The translations under genes were made by a program, and so were the position numbers. A stretch of DNA of 64,000 bases from Nitrosopumilus sp. (GTDB lineage Archaea; Thermoproteota; Nitrososphaeria; Nitrososphaerales; Nitrosopumilaceae). Shown in pieces: positions 52,814-62,516 of the stretch. The stretch spans positions 864,001-928,000 of the forward strand of contig OZ241857.1 in NCBI GenBank assembly GCA_965203315.1. The letters are read 5' to 3'. Below the pieces are notes generated by a model. That model was given only the letters and a program-made list of their open reading frames with translations. It did not search any database and was not told where the DNA came from. The stretch's first letter is position 1; the number at the start of each line of letters is the position of its first letter.

Positions 52814-53466
52814 AGACATCTCAAATTCTTTTTGGTTCTTATAGGGCAATTCCATCTCAGGGCGTAAGTGAATATAAAGAACATTCTCAAATAAAATATA
52901 AAATTAAACATGAGAGATTTTTTAATACTGGATCAAGAACCGTACCCGCGTCAGAATTTTTTGCAATGAAGATCAAAAACGAAATAGATAAAATGCCATT
53001 TAAAGATCTTTTTAGTAAAGATACTATTTTGGTTCCAGCACCAAAAAGTTCGCTACTAAAGCCAAGCACTCTTTGGGTTCCAAAACTCTTTGCGGAAAAA
53101 CTAGTCAAGATGGGTCTAGGAAAAGGTGTCGAGCCATGCTTGAAGCGTGTTGATGCTGTTACAAGGTCATCCACAGCAAAGTTAACAAATGAATCAAGAC
53201 CAACAGCAATTGACCATTATAATTCTATGCAAGTTAAAGAAATAGTATATGAACCAAATGATATTCTTGTGGTTGATGATATTGTAACGAGAGGAGCTAC
53301 ACTACTCGGTTCAGTAAACAGACTCAAAGATGTTTTTCCCAACGCTAAAATTCGTGGATTTGCGCTTGTGAGAACGATCTCAAATCCTGATAAATTTAAA
53401 AAAGTAGAAGATCCATGTAAGGGCACAATTACACTCAGAGGTGATTATACATTTAGAGAGCCGTAA
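52810..53466 (+). CDS. Type I phosphoribosyltransferase-fold protein
   Basis: LVPAPKS and ILVVDDIVTRGATL PRPP motif; ATGA coupling to the DprA gene. Confidence 0.88.
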   Translation: MKTSQILFGSYRAIPSQGVSEYKEHSQIKYKIKHERFFNTGSRTVPASEFFAMKIKNEIDKMPFKDLFSKDTILVPAPKSSLLKPSTLWVPKLFAEKLVKMGLGKGVEPCLKRVDAVTRSSTAKLTNESRPTAIDHYNSMQVKEIVYEPNDILVVDDIVTRGATLLGSVNRLKDVFPNAKIRGFALVRTISNPDKFKKVEDPCKGTITLRGDYTFREP

Positions 53467-53757
53467 ACAAAATTTAAAGATATAATCAACGAGTTCTGTA
53501 AACTTGTGGTTTAGAACAGCCACGATACGGTGCTAGACAGATATCATGTTTGATTGTGATCGATGAGACTTTACTCATGCACTAGTGCAGAGATCCATCA
53601 TCTTGTCAAGGGCCAATAGTGAATCTTGCCGCTTTGATCTTGGAAACCGATCCTAGATGTCTCGAAGAATCATTTAGGGCAACATTCTGCTTGTGATCTT
53701 GGTATCACATAGATAATCTAGGAACGTATTTATTTCAAAAATCCAAATCTATCTCGA

Positions 53758-54156
53758 ATGACAATCAATCGAGACAAGCTCGCAAAGAGAACAGAAGCAA
53801 AGAAGAACAAGCCCAACTTTGTGAGACCAGAGAGTTGGAGATATGTCAGGCTTGCGACAAACTGGAGAAAGCCAAAGGGGATAGATCATCACCAGAGGAA
53901 ACAAAAGAGTCGTGGTCGTCCAGGACTGGTCAAGATAGGGTATGGGGGACCTAGAGATTCGAGAGGACTGCATCCTTCAGGATATACAGATAATCTAGTA
54001 TACAATTTAAACGACCTAGACGGACTTGATCCAAAAAATGATGGAGTACGAATTGGTCATAGTGTTGGAAGAAGGAAGCGAACAGCTATCACAGTAACAG
54101 CGATTGAACGTAAATTCAAGATCTTTAATGCAAGGGTGAAGTCTGGTGGTAATTAA
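53758..54156 (+). CDS. rpl32e: 50S ribosomal protein L32e
   Basis: WRKPKGID, RGLHPSG. Confidence 0.96.
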   Translation: MTINRDKLAKRTEAKKNKPNFVRPESWRYVRLATNWRKPKGIDHHQRKQKSRGRPGLVKIGYGGPRDSRGLHPSGYTDNLVYNLNDLDGLDPKNDGVRIGHSVGRRKRTAITVTAIERKFKIFNARVKSGGN

Positions 54157-54598
54157 TCTAAAAGCAAAGAAACGGCTCGCCGCAAGAGTCATAGGGGTAG
54201 GTGTACATCGTATCAGATTTGATACGGATCATCTAGAGGATATCACGGATGCAATAACTCGTGTCAATATTCGTAGTTTGGTCACAGCAAATACAATCAA
54301 AGTAAAAAAGTTTACAGGCACGTCACGTGGCAGAGCGCATACAAAGAAGGCGCAACGTAACAAGCGCGGTACCAAACAAGGATCCAAACAAGGTAGAAAA
54401 GGAGCTCGAGTTGGCAAGAAAGAAGTTTATGTAGCAAAGGTTCGAGCCTTGCGAAGGCTCTTAAAGATTGCAAAGATTCGCAACGAGATAACTAATCCAG
54501 AATTTTGGACATTATACAAAAAGATCGGTGGAAATACTGTCAGAAACAAGGCACATCTTCGAATACTCATGGAAGAGATAAAATCAAAACGTAGTTGA
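54146..54598 (+). CDS. rpl19e: 50S ribosomal protein L19e
   Basis: KRLAARVIGVG...GTSRGR...GRKGAR. Confidence 0.96.
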   Translation: MVINLKAKKRLAARVIGVGVHRIRFDTDHLEDITDAITRVNIRSLVTANTIKVKKFTGTSRGRAHTKKAQRNKRGTKQGSKQGRKGARVGKKEVYVAKVRALRRLLKIAKIRNEITNPEFWTLYKKIGGNTVRNKAHLRILMEEIKSKRS

Positions 54599-54825
54599 AC
54601 GCATATCTCTCAGTTTTCCCAAATGTGTACTTCTAGTGTAATTGAGTAGTGGGGTATGAATGATCTAGTGTATGATACTATTCGGTGAATATCTTGATGA
54701 GCAACATGTGAGTTTATAGAAACATCTTGATCAGAATCATCGAATGTAGTTTTGAGTATATTCGTCTAACAAAGGCACGATGTAAAGAGAATATCGCACA
54801 TCAACATACAACCAAGACATATCAT

Positions 54826-55125
54826 CTAGAAACGATGTATGCGAGTATTCCAATCTACAACCTTACCGTCACTAGTCTCAACACCCTCATCATGTAGCAT
54901 CTTGATCTTTACCTCTTTACCATACATGTAACCACCAATAGAGCCATCAGACATTACCACACGATGACAAGGGATTATCACGGGATATGGATTCTTGTTC
55001 ATAAAGCGACCTATTGCACGTTGACCATTCTTTATTCCAACCGCCTTGGCTAGTTCGCCATATGTAGTAACTTTGCCACGAGGAACTTCAAGTAGTTTCT
55101 TGTATACTCGTTGTTGAGTGTTCAT
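54826..55125 (-). CDS. ogt: Methylated-DNA--protein-cysteine methyltransferase (short MGMT)
   Basis: TTYGELA, RAIG, IPCHRVV. Confidence 0.9.
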   Translation of the reverse strand: MNTQQRVYKKLLEVPRGKVTTYGELAKAVGIKNGQRAIGRFMNKNPYPVIIPCHRVVMSDGSIGGYMYGKEVKIKMLHDEGVETSDGKVVDWNTRIHRF

Positions 55126-55898
55126 AGTCTAATCACATCAAGTTTTGTAGACTCTAACATATCTAGTATGTGTTGTTTGTGCTCTCCCAATCCTTTCCAG
55201 TCCAAGAGAGCAACTGATGCGTCAGGATTTTTACTCAAGATGTGATCAAACATTGTTTGATCTATATCTCCAAGTACATGTTTGGGAGCAATAGTTCCTA
55301 ACGCATAATTGCCATGAATTATCTCATCTGTAAACTTTGATGGATAATGAGTTCCACCAAAGCAGATCGCAGTGGGGTATTTAGATCGTGGCATCTGCAT
55401 CGTCGCGTGTACTAGTTCAGCCACTTTGCTACAGAGCGATGTATCATTCCATTGTTTAGGGGTAGTACCTAATTCGATAAAGATTGATGGTCGCTCAAGT
55501 GCTGTAGGGCCATGATGTGTCGCCTCTAGAGTTATCTCAAAGTCAGGAAACGATTCACTATTGCAAGATAGATTTTGTAGGTATTGTTTTTGTAGTGAAG
55601 AGTATGTCACCGATACTTGTCGATCATGTCCACCAAACTTTGCAGTAGCAAAGTTGCCTGTACTATGACAGGTTAGTGCAAGAACACCAGACTCTGCAGC
55701 ATGTTTTGAGAGAAATACATATGCATCATAGTTGTATTTAGACTCGATCCAATCTGCAGAGATCGTAGGAGAGTCGATAATGACTAGATCGTAGTATCTG
55801 CCACGATATATGCCATCGAGTGAGGTCATGTTATTTGAGAGATGTTGAGCCATATTGTACCCGGCAGGATCTTGATCGTATGCAACTAAAAGATCCAT
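55122..55898 (-). CDS. dtdA: D-aminoacyl-tRNA deacylase (archaeal DTD2)
   Basis: FLSKH, HSTGN, EATHHGP, FIELG, FGGTHY. Confidence 0.92.
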   Translation of the reverse strand: MDLLVAYDQDPAGYNMAQHLSNNMTSLDGIYRGRYYDLVIIDSPTISADWIESKYNYDAYVFLSKHAAESGVLALTCHSTGNFATAKFGGHDRQVSVTYSSLQKQYLQNLSCNSESFPDFEITLEATHHGPTALERPSIFIELGTTPKQWNDTSLCSKVAELVHATMQMPRSKYPTAICFGGTHYPSKFTDEIIHGNYALGTIAPKHVLGDIDQTMFDHILSKNPDASVALLDWKGLGEHKQHILDMLESTKLDVIRL

Positions 55899-55937
55899 GA
55901 GATAAGAGATATAAAGACAGCATATTAATTTTCAGCA

Positions 55938-56111
55938 ATGAATCCTCGACAGACTTTGAAGAACATGGTAAATACGATGAAGATGGCAAAAAAGCCAGAC
56001 AAGGAAGAGTATCAGCAACACCTCAGACTTGTACTGTTAGGTATAGCTGGTGTCGGAGCTATTGGGTTTACAATTCAGTTCGTCTTTTCAGTGTATACGT
56101 TTGGTAGATAA
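55938..56111 (+). CDS. secE: Protein translocase SecE/Sec61-gamma (absent from the ORF track)
   Basis: Manual translation ...KMAKKPDKEEY...LVLLGIAGVGAIGFTIQ; directly upstream of spt5. Confidence 0.92.
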   Translation: MNPRQTLKNMVNTMKMAKKPDKEEYQQHLRLVLLGIAGVGAIGFTIQFVFSVYTFGR

Positions 56112-56113
56112 AA

Positions 56114-57250
56114 TTGTCAGAGTTAGAATCGCACCTATTTGCAATAAAAACTAAAAGTGGTCAAGAGAGGGTTGTTATGAGACAGCTCGAAGCTAGAGCA
56201 GAAGCTAAAGCGAACGCAGAAGCTGAGATGCTAGCAAAGATAGAAGATGTTAAAGCTGAGATGTCATCCAAGAGAAGAGATGATATGCTAGAGCGAATAA
56301 GCAATGTGATTGATCCAATATATGATACAATATTAAAGATAAAAGAAGCTGTTAAAGCGAAAATCGAGTCTGAGATGCTAGCAAAGATAGAAGATGTTAA
56401 AGCTGAGACGTTAGCAAAGATAGGTACGATGATCGACACATCGATCGAATCAGATGTTAAAGAGAACTATAAGGCATCGTTAGCGTTAAAGATATACGCA
56501 GTTGTCAATGAGGGGAGTAAAGTAGAAGATGTTAAAGAGTCGATCTCATCTATAACAAATATTGCATTAATAATCAATGAAAGGAATAAAGCTGTAGAAG
56601 ATGTTAAAGCGAATATAGAAGCTGAGATGTTAGGATCGATCCTAATCATAAATGGACACATTCCTGAAGATGTTAAAGCGAATATAGAAGCTGAGATGTT
56701 AACAAAGATAGAAGATGTTAAAGCGAATATAGAAGCTGAGATGTTAACAAAGATAGAAGATGTTAAAGCTGAGATAGGTACAATCATCAATGAAGTGAGG
56801 AAAACAGAAGAAGATGTTAAAGCGAATATAGAAGCTGAGATGTTAACAAAGATAGAAGATGTTAAAGCTGAGACAAAAGTCAAAACAAGTCAGATGAATG
56901 TTAAATCCATACTATTAGTAAATGATCTAAAAGGATATGTTGTGATCGAAGCAAAAGATCCAAGAGATGCACATCATGCAGTTGAAGGCATACGACACAT
57001 ACGTACTAACCTACGAGGAGAGTTAGAATTTGGAGATATTGAAAGATATTTGATCAAGAAATCAACAGTGTCACAACTCACAGTCGACAACGTGGTCGAG
57101 ATTACTGGAGGACCGTTCAAGGGAATGAAGGCAACAATAACCAGAGTCGATGTGGAGAATGAGGAGGCTATTGTTGTTTTATTGGATGCGGCATACCAGT
57201 TACCAGTCACCATAGACGCAAACTATCTAAAGATTATAAGCGAGGCTTAG
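56114..57250 (+). CDS. spt5: Transcription elongation factor Spt5/NusG with large repetitive insertion
   Basis: FAIKTKSGQE, LKGYVVIEA, KOW VEITGGPFKG; secE-spt5-rpl11 context. Confidence 0.93.
   Translation: MSELESHLFAIKTKSGQERVVMRQLEARAEAKANAEAEMLAKIEDVKAEMSSKRRDDMLERISNVIDPIYDTILKIKEAVKAKIESEMLAKIEDVKAETLAKIGTMIDTSIESDVKENYKASLALKIYAVVNEGSKVEDVKESISSITNIALIINERNKAVEDVKANIEAEMLGSILIINGHIPEDVKANIEAEMLTKIEDVKANIEAEMLTKIEDVKAEIGTIINEVRKTEEDVKANIEAEMLTKIEDVKAETKVKTSQMNVKSILLVNDLKGYVVIEAKDPRDAHHAVEGIRHIRTNLRGELEFGDIERYLIKKSTVSQLTVDNVVEITGGPFKGMKATITRVDVENEEAIVVLLDAAYQLPVTIDANYLKIISEA
56198..56881 (+). repeat. Degenerate 45-bp (15-aa) repeats KIEDVKANIEAEML(T/A) inside spt5
   Basis: GAAGATGTTAAAG and GCTGAGATG recur many times; exact tandem at about 56667-56770. 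Confidence 0.9.
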
Positions 57251-57288
57251 AGGAAGGATTAAATTTTTCATTAAAGGGTGAATAAACT

Positions 57289-57768
57289 ATGAGTGAACAA
57301 AAGGTATCAGCACTAGTTACAGGTGGCGGAGCATCGGCAGGTCCACCTTTAGGACCTTCACTTGGTCCACTAGGAGTGAACATCATAGAGGTCATCAATG
57401 CCATAAACGACAAGACCAAAGACTTTGAAGGTATGAAAGTTCCAGTAACTGTCATAGTAGACAGTGATACGAAAAAGTACGAGATTGAGATCGGCATCCC
57501 TTCATCTGCGGCATTAATTATGAAAGAGGCAGGAATTCAAAAAGGTTCTGGAACATCAGGAACAGATTGGGTTGGAGAAGTAACCATGGATGCAATAGTC
57601 AAGATTGCAAAGACAAAACTTGAGAGATCATACTCGTCATCACTAAAAGCAGTTTCAAAGACAATAGTTGGGACGTGTCTTGCGTTGGGAGTAAAGATCG
57701 AAGGCAAGACGCCAAAAGAGATCACGGTAGAGATCAACGAAGGTAAATGGGACGAAAAATTTCAATAG
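57289..57768 (+). CDS. rpl11: 50S ribosomal protein L11
   Basis: GGASAGPPLGPSLGPLG. Confidence 0.97.
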   Translation: MSEQKVSALVTGGGASAGPPLGPSLGPLGVNIIEVINAINDKTKDFEGMKVPVTVIVDSDTKKYEIEIGIPSSAALIMKEAGIQKGSGTSGTDWVGEVTMDAIVKIAKTKLERSYSSSLKAVSKTIVGTCLALGVKIEGKTPKEITVEINEGKWDEKFQ

Positions 57769-57809
57769 ATCATTGATAACAGATTTAGATGTTAATTAAG
57801 ACTATTAGT

Positions 57810-57925
57810 GGATCTCTTTGGTTTACTTGTGATGGTATCTCGCAAGGCTTTTTTCTAATTTTCCATTATGGAATCTTGTAGTGCTTTTTCTGTAACCGTT
57901 AATTCCACATAAACCGAAAAGATTC
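57810..57925. mobile_element. MITE family B copy
   Basis: GGATCTCTTTGGTTTACTTGTGATG...CCACATAAACCGAAAAGATTC. Confidence 0.83.
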
Positions 57926-58012
57926 GGAACAGCACAAGTCACGCCACGTAGCATAAAAATGTTCAAACCCCCCAACATTGGCCAAAATTGAATTATGAAT
58001 ACGGTCTAGTGT

Positions 58013-59524
58013 TTAGATCAACATTAAAAGAATACAAGTAGGTATAATGAGATAATCCTGTCTCTCATCCAGATCATTTTTAGACAATACGAGACCGCTT
58101 TTTACGTCAGTTTTATTCAAAAAGCTAACTAGTCCACCTAGTTCTTTAGTATGTATCTGGTTTCTGTATTTGACTTCTATAGGCAACTCAAAATTATTTT
58201 TATAGTACAATACAAAATCCACCTCTCTACCTTTTTGATCCTTCCAAAAAAAGACATGATTAGAGCAATCAAATCCTTGTTTATGTTCTACTAAATTGAA
58301 TGCCCATCTTATAAGATGATTAGAAACAACACTTTCCACCATCTTACTTTGATTAATTTCATCAGCAATAAACTCTTCAGATATCTCAAATGGATCATCT
58401 GCGTTCAGCCAACTATTAAACAAGTGTAGGTAGAAGGGATCATGAAAATAGAGCTTTTTTGGTTTACCAATCAATGGAATCTTTTTTATTTCTCCATACA
58501 TATGGATAATGTTAATAATCGATAGATCGTTTAATGATAATGCATAATCTCGAGTTGTTATCCAACTTCCAATATTTGCCTGTTGTTGTAGACTGTTCCA
58601 AGATATATTAGATCCCATGTTGTTAATTATTGCTCCACCAAATTGCTTTAGTAACATTTCATTCCGTAGCTGACCCCAATCACTTCTAATTCCATCTAGG
58701 TGATCTTTATACAGTTCAGAAGAAATAAAATTAGTTTTAATTTTTTGATCAACAATCTGTGGAGTTCCGCCAGTTAGTAGATATTCATAGAGACAATTAT
58801 TCAAATCATCTATAAAGTTATTGTACAACAGGTCTATCTCTTTTGGGATTTCTTTTGACAGTAATTGTAAGAATATTTTCTTTTTATCCTCTATTTTACG
58901 GAGATGGTGATTTTGGGTAAAAACGGTTATTTCTTTGGCACTGATGTCTACAAATTCAGAGAACTTCATTGGAATGAGTAGTTTGTCAAAAGTATCTGTT
59001 GTCCTTCCCCGTCTACCAGAAAGTCGTTCATTGGCGCGCAAAATGTTAATAGCCTGTGAACCAGTTGCCAACACGGTACAATTTTTAAGCCTGTTGTTAT
59101 CGATCAGCCACTTGATTCCTCTTTGCCAATCAGGCACGAGTGATACTTCATCTAAGAAGAGATATGTTCGATCTGGTTGTTTTCTGTATCTTTTGCTCAA
59201 TCTCAAATAAGATTCAATTGTATCGACTAGTTCAGATCTGGAATCGATCATATCAAAAGAGTAGTAAAAGATATTCCAAGGACAGACTCGATCCAAAAAA
59301 TCTCTGATTTGAAGTTTGAGCAGAGTAGTTTTTCCCACTCGTCTTGGTCCTCTCAGAGTGTAGATGACTGTGTTATCAGGTTCAAAATCATATCTAATCT
59401 CATGTCTTAATCTAGGATCATAGTGTATAGATCTCTCCCACTCTGTTATCTTTTCGTCGTTTTCAATGCTTTTTCTATCCTTCCACCATGGGTTTGCCGC
59501 TCTTAGCTGAGTATCATTTACCAT
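58013..59524 (-). CDS. AAA_14-type ATPase with C-terminal DUF4143/PD-(D/E)xK-like domain
   Basis: NPWW, GPRRVGKTT, FLDEV, ATGS, KKLYFHDP, EVDFV...IEVK. Confidence 0.9.
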   Translation of the reverse strand: MVNDTQLRAANPWWKDRKSIENDEKITEWERSIHYDPRLRHEIRYDFEPDNTVIYTLRGPRRVGKTTLLKLQIRDFLDRVCPWNIFYYSFDMIDSRSELVDTIESYLRLSKRYRKQPDRTYLFLDEVSLVPDWQRGIKWLIDNNRLKNCTVLATGSQAINILRANERLSGRRGRTTDTFDKLLIPMKFSEFVDISAKEITVFTQNHHLRKIEDKKKIFLQLLSKEIPKEIDLLYNNFIDDLNNCLYEYLLTGGTPQIVDQKIKTNFISSELYKDHLDGIRSDWGQLRNEMLLKQFGGAIINNMGSNISWNSLQQQANIGSWITTRDYALSLNDLSIINIIHMYGEIKKIPLIGKPKKLYFHDPFYLHLFNSWLNADDPFEISEEFIADEINQSKMVESVVSNHLIRWAFNLVEHKQGFDCSNHVFFWKDQKGREVDFVLYYKNNFELPIEVKYRNQIHTKELGGLVSFLNKTDVKSGLVLSKNDLDERQDYLIIPTCILLMLI

Positions 59525-59936
59525 ACTTACTAGTACTATGAATTTAGTTATATAGTTGTTGGATTACAATAAGAGTTTGTTTATATTCATATTTCGTTAC
59601 TGTTGAGGTGTTTACTTATTTATGAAGTTTAGTGTTATTGAGAGTTTTTTTATATAGATAGAGTGTGAAATATTCATCAAATAGACACAGCGAACCAACA
59701 TGTCAGATCAACATGCCCAAACCTGTCTGTGTAACATACAGACGAATCAGCGATTGCAATCAGATTACTAAACATGAGATATAGTGAAATTTTCATAATT
59801 ACTCTATAGATGTTTGAGGTTGAATGTTCTATCAATCAAAATACGACCATAACAGAATCTGACATCAGAAAAAAATTCTTAAACTGTTACCCATTCTCCA
59901 TAGTTTTATATTATACACTAAAAAACCCTCGATACA

Positions 59937-60236
59937 ATGGAATATGTTTACGCTGCTCTACTTCTTCACAAGCTAGAAAAAGAGGTCAACGAGGCAAATA
60001 TTACATCTGTTATAAAAGCATCAGGTGCCGACGTTAATGAAGCACAAGTAAAGTCGCTAGTTGCAGCTCTAGGTGATGTAAATATTGATGAGGCGATCAA
60101 AGCAGCCCCGGTTGCAGTAGCGGCAGCTCCGGCTACGGCAGATGCGCCAGTAGAAGAGAAAAAGAAGGAAGAACCCAAAGACGAAGGTAAGACGGAAGAA
60201 GCAGCTATGGAAGGCTTGTCTTCACTGTTTGGCTAA
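59937..60236 (+). CDS. rpl12: 50S ribosomal protein P1/L12
   Basis: [11 protein letters not shown]...GLSSLFG. Confidence 0.97.
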   Translation: MEYVYAALLLHKLEKEVNEANITSVIKASGADVNEAQVKSLVAALGDVNIDEAIKAAPVAVAAAPATADAPVEEKKKEEPKDEGKTEEAAMEGLSSLFG

Positions 60237-60276
60237 TCAACAATTCAAAAGATTATCTCGACTAGATTTATTTTTC

Positions 60277-61140
60277 CTAATTGGCTGTATAGCCTGTCTT
60301 GTTTATGATTGCATTTGCATGTGCAAGAGCGCGTTGCAGTATCTCTTGATGCGTCTCAGGTACGATATATGCAGATTCTATAGACACGGAACGTGCAGCA
60401 GTAGCTGCTTTTGTGAGTATCTGTACAATATTCTCAGGTACAACATATGCTATCTCTATAGACAGAGAGATTGCTTGTTGATGTGCTTGTGAAAACTCTT
60501 CTTGTACAGCAGATACGTCAATTACCATAGACTCTGTAGCATATTTGATGCCATCCTCTAGTGCAGAGTATAACAAGATTCCAGCCTCGACTGGCTTTAT
60601 GTCAAGTTTACCTAGTATCGATGCCAACTGTTCACTGATCACCTCGCCTCTTGTAACAGGAGTGGTATCCTTTGATATCCATATCGTCCCTTGATCGATC
60701 TTGGTTGGGATCCCAGCTTCTTTAAACTCTGTAAGCATAGGTCCTGGAGCAATACCAGTATTCTTTGCAGGAACAACAACATCGATGCTTGCGGTATCGC
60801 CACCGCGAGCTGCCATCATTATAGTATTCTTTGACAAGAGAAGGTTGAGTTTAAAGGGCGACATGTTGGTAAATATAAACATGCATTGACCAACCAGCTC
60901 GTCTGCTATCTCTCTGATTCCAGGTATATCTAGTGTAGCTAGTGCCTTTTTGGCTATCTTGCTTTTCATGTTTACAAACTCGACGTCACCCTTGAGGGTC
61001 TTACGTAGTGGAAGGATCTGAGCGGAGCGAACTTTGTCCATCTTTACTATGGATATAACTTTGTATCTCTTGGGCAACTCTTGGAGCTGTTGATACATTG
61101 CTACCTTTTTCTGTGGATAACTGGTACGATTTTCATGCAT
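60277..61140 (-). CDS. rpl10: 50S ribosomal protein L10/P0
   Basis: NTGIAPGP, IPTKIDQGTI, KLDIKP. Confidence 0.95.
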   Translation of the reverse strand: MHENRTSYPQKKVAMYQQLQELPKRYKVISIVKMDKVRSAQILPLRKTLKGDVEFVNMKSKIAKKALATLDIPGIREIADELVGQCMFIFTNMSPFKLNLLLSKNTIMMAARGGDTASIDVVVPAKNTGIAPGPMLTEFKEAGIPTKIDQGTIWISKDTTPVTRGEVISEQLASILGKLDIKPVEAGILLYSALEDGIKYATESMVIDVSAVQEEFSQAHQQAISLSIEIAYVVPENIVQILTKAATAARSVSIESAYIVPETHQEILQRALAHANAIINKTGYTAN

Positions 61141-61810
61141 TCTTTTTCTTGATCTCCTGTATCTGTTTGACCGCCTTGCCCATAGTAGTCTTTACCATTA
61201 CGCGTTTGAAGTTCTTTTCACCGTTTGGTAGTTTCTTCTCGATCGCACTCAATATCGCATGTGCGTTTATTGCTAGATCGTTATCGCTCATAGTCTCATC
61301 TCCAATCTTACATGACATAGATAGAGATGCGCGTGTTCTAACCTTGATAGATGAATGAAATCGTTGAAGGAATGACTCTATAGACGCATTAAACGGAACT
61401 GGAGTAGGCATCTTACCACGTGGACCCAACAGTTGACCTAGGGTCTTACCAACTAGAGGCATCACTTTGGTATCAGCCAAGAAAAAGTCATACTTGTTTA
61501 TGAATTTGCGAGACTCGCGCTTGTTTGTTGCAAACTTGTCTAACTCTTCTGTCCCTACAACAGCATCAGCGTTTGCGGCTTTTGCCTTTTGACCCATATC
61601 CCCCGTCGCTATGACGCATACTGTTGCGGGAGAGTTGGTCTTGGGCAAAGTTACGACTTCGTTGATCGCAAATCCCTTCTTGACATCTATGTCCTTAAAG
61701 TTCATAATCAACTCGACGGATTGTGTAAACTTGCGCGATTTGGATCCAGACTTTGCTTGCCGGATCATACTAGCTAGTTCGGCCTCGGTAATCATTACAA
61801 GAGACATCAA
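61133..61810 (-). CDS. rpl1: 50S ribosomal protein L1
   Basis: RKFTQSVEL, LGPRGKMP, KTTMG. Confidence 0.96.
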   Translation of the reverse strand: MMSLVMITEAELASMIRQAKSGSKSRKFTQSVELIMNFKDIDVKKGFAINEVVTLPKTNSPATVCVIATGDMGQKAKAANADAVVGTEELDKFATNKRESRKFINKYDFFLADTKVMPLVGKTLGQLLGPRGKMPTPVPFNASIESFLQRFHSSIKVRTRASLSMSCKIGDETMSDNDLAINAHAILSAIEKKLPNGEKNFKRVMVKTTMGKAVKQIQEIKKKNA

Positions 61811-61879
61811 AGAGCCCTATTTAAAATCGTTTAGTGAAATGTTCCACGTACCGTATCCAGCAATGTAAAACAGAAGGGC

Positions 61880-62389
61880 CTAGTTGAGCACCTTGAGACT
61901 ACGACAGACCGAGTAGAGCGTTCGCCGAAGGTTTTGATCAACTAGAGACTCCATCTTTTGTCGCAGTATACGTTTGGCCTCGTCTCGTTCTGAGCCAGGC
62001 GGTAGAGAGAGTATAGTATTGAGAAATTCTGGCAATGACTCACGGATCCATCCATCTAGCATTGTGTAAATTTTAGGGGGCAGTATATCACATTTGTCTA
62101 CATCTAGATCGAGTACCTCTGCAAAGTTTTCATGTTCGACTCGATACACTAGTGCAAGTACTACATTGTCTGGAGTTGGATTCTCAAGTATCTCGCGTGA
62201 TCGCTCACCAGTCTTTCCTTGAGATATCTTGTTCTTTAGACCAACAGGATTTACAATAATCCCATTGACACCAACCTTTCGATCATCAATACCGGTAATT
62301 ACACCAAAGATAAAGTCATTATAGTCACCGTTCTTTCTAGTCGAGAATACATGAACGCCCTCCTTTAGACTAGGCTTTCTACCAAACAC
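61880..62389 (-). CDS. Hypothetical protein
   Basis: 169-aa ORF with core-like composition, upstream of rpl1. Confidence 0.75.
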   Translation of the reverse strand: MFGRKPSLKEGVHVFSTRKNGDYNDFIFGVITGIDDRKVGVNGIIVNPVGLKNKISQGKTGERSREILENPTPDNVVLALVYRVEHENFAEVLDLDVDKCDILPPKIYTMLDGWIRESLPEFLNTILSLPPGSERDEAKRILRQKMESLVDQNLRRTLYSVCRSLKVLN

Positions 62390-62516
62390 ACAGTTAGTTG
62401 TGATTCAGTATATTTAATGTAAACCTAAAATGGCAAACTCATCACTGTGCCAAATTCAGAATTGATGTAGTTGTTTACGACGCTACAATTTTAAACCAAA
62501 CTTGCAATGACACATC

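Noticed and set aside
52085-53466. Natural competence operon (dprA-comFC)
   Set aside because: No other competence genes, the PRTase lacks the ComFC Zn finger, and the composition suggests a foreign insert
56198-56881. Spt5 insert as an intein or intron
   Set aside because: No Cys/Ser start, His-Asn end or endonuclease motif; no clear bulge-helix-bulge; the insert is made of tandem repeats
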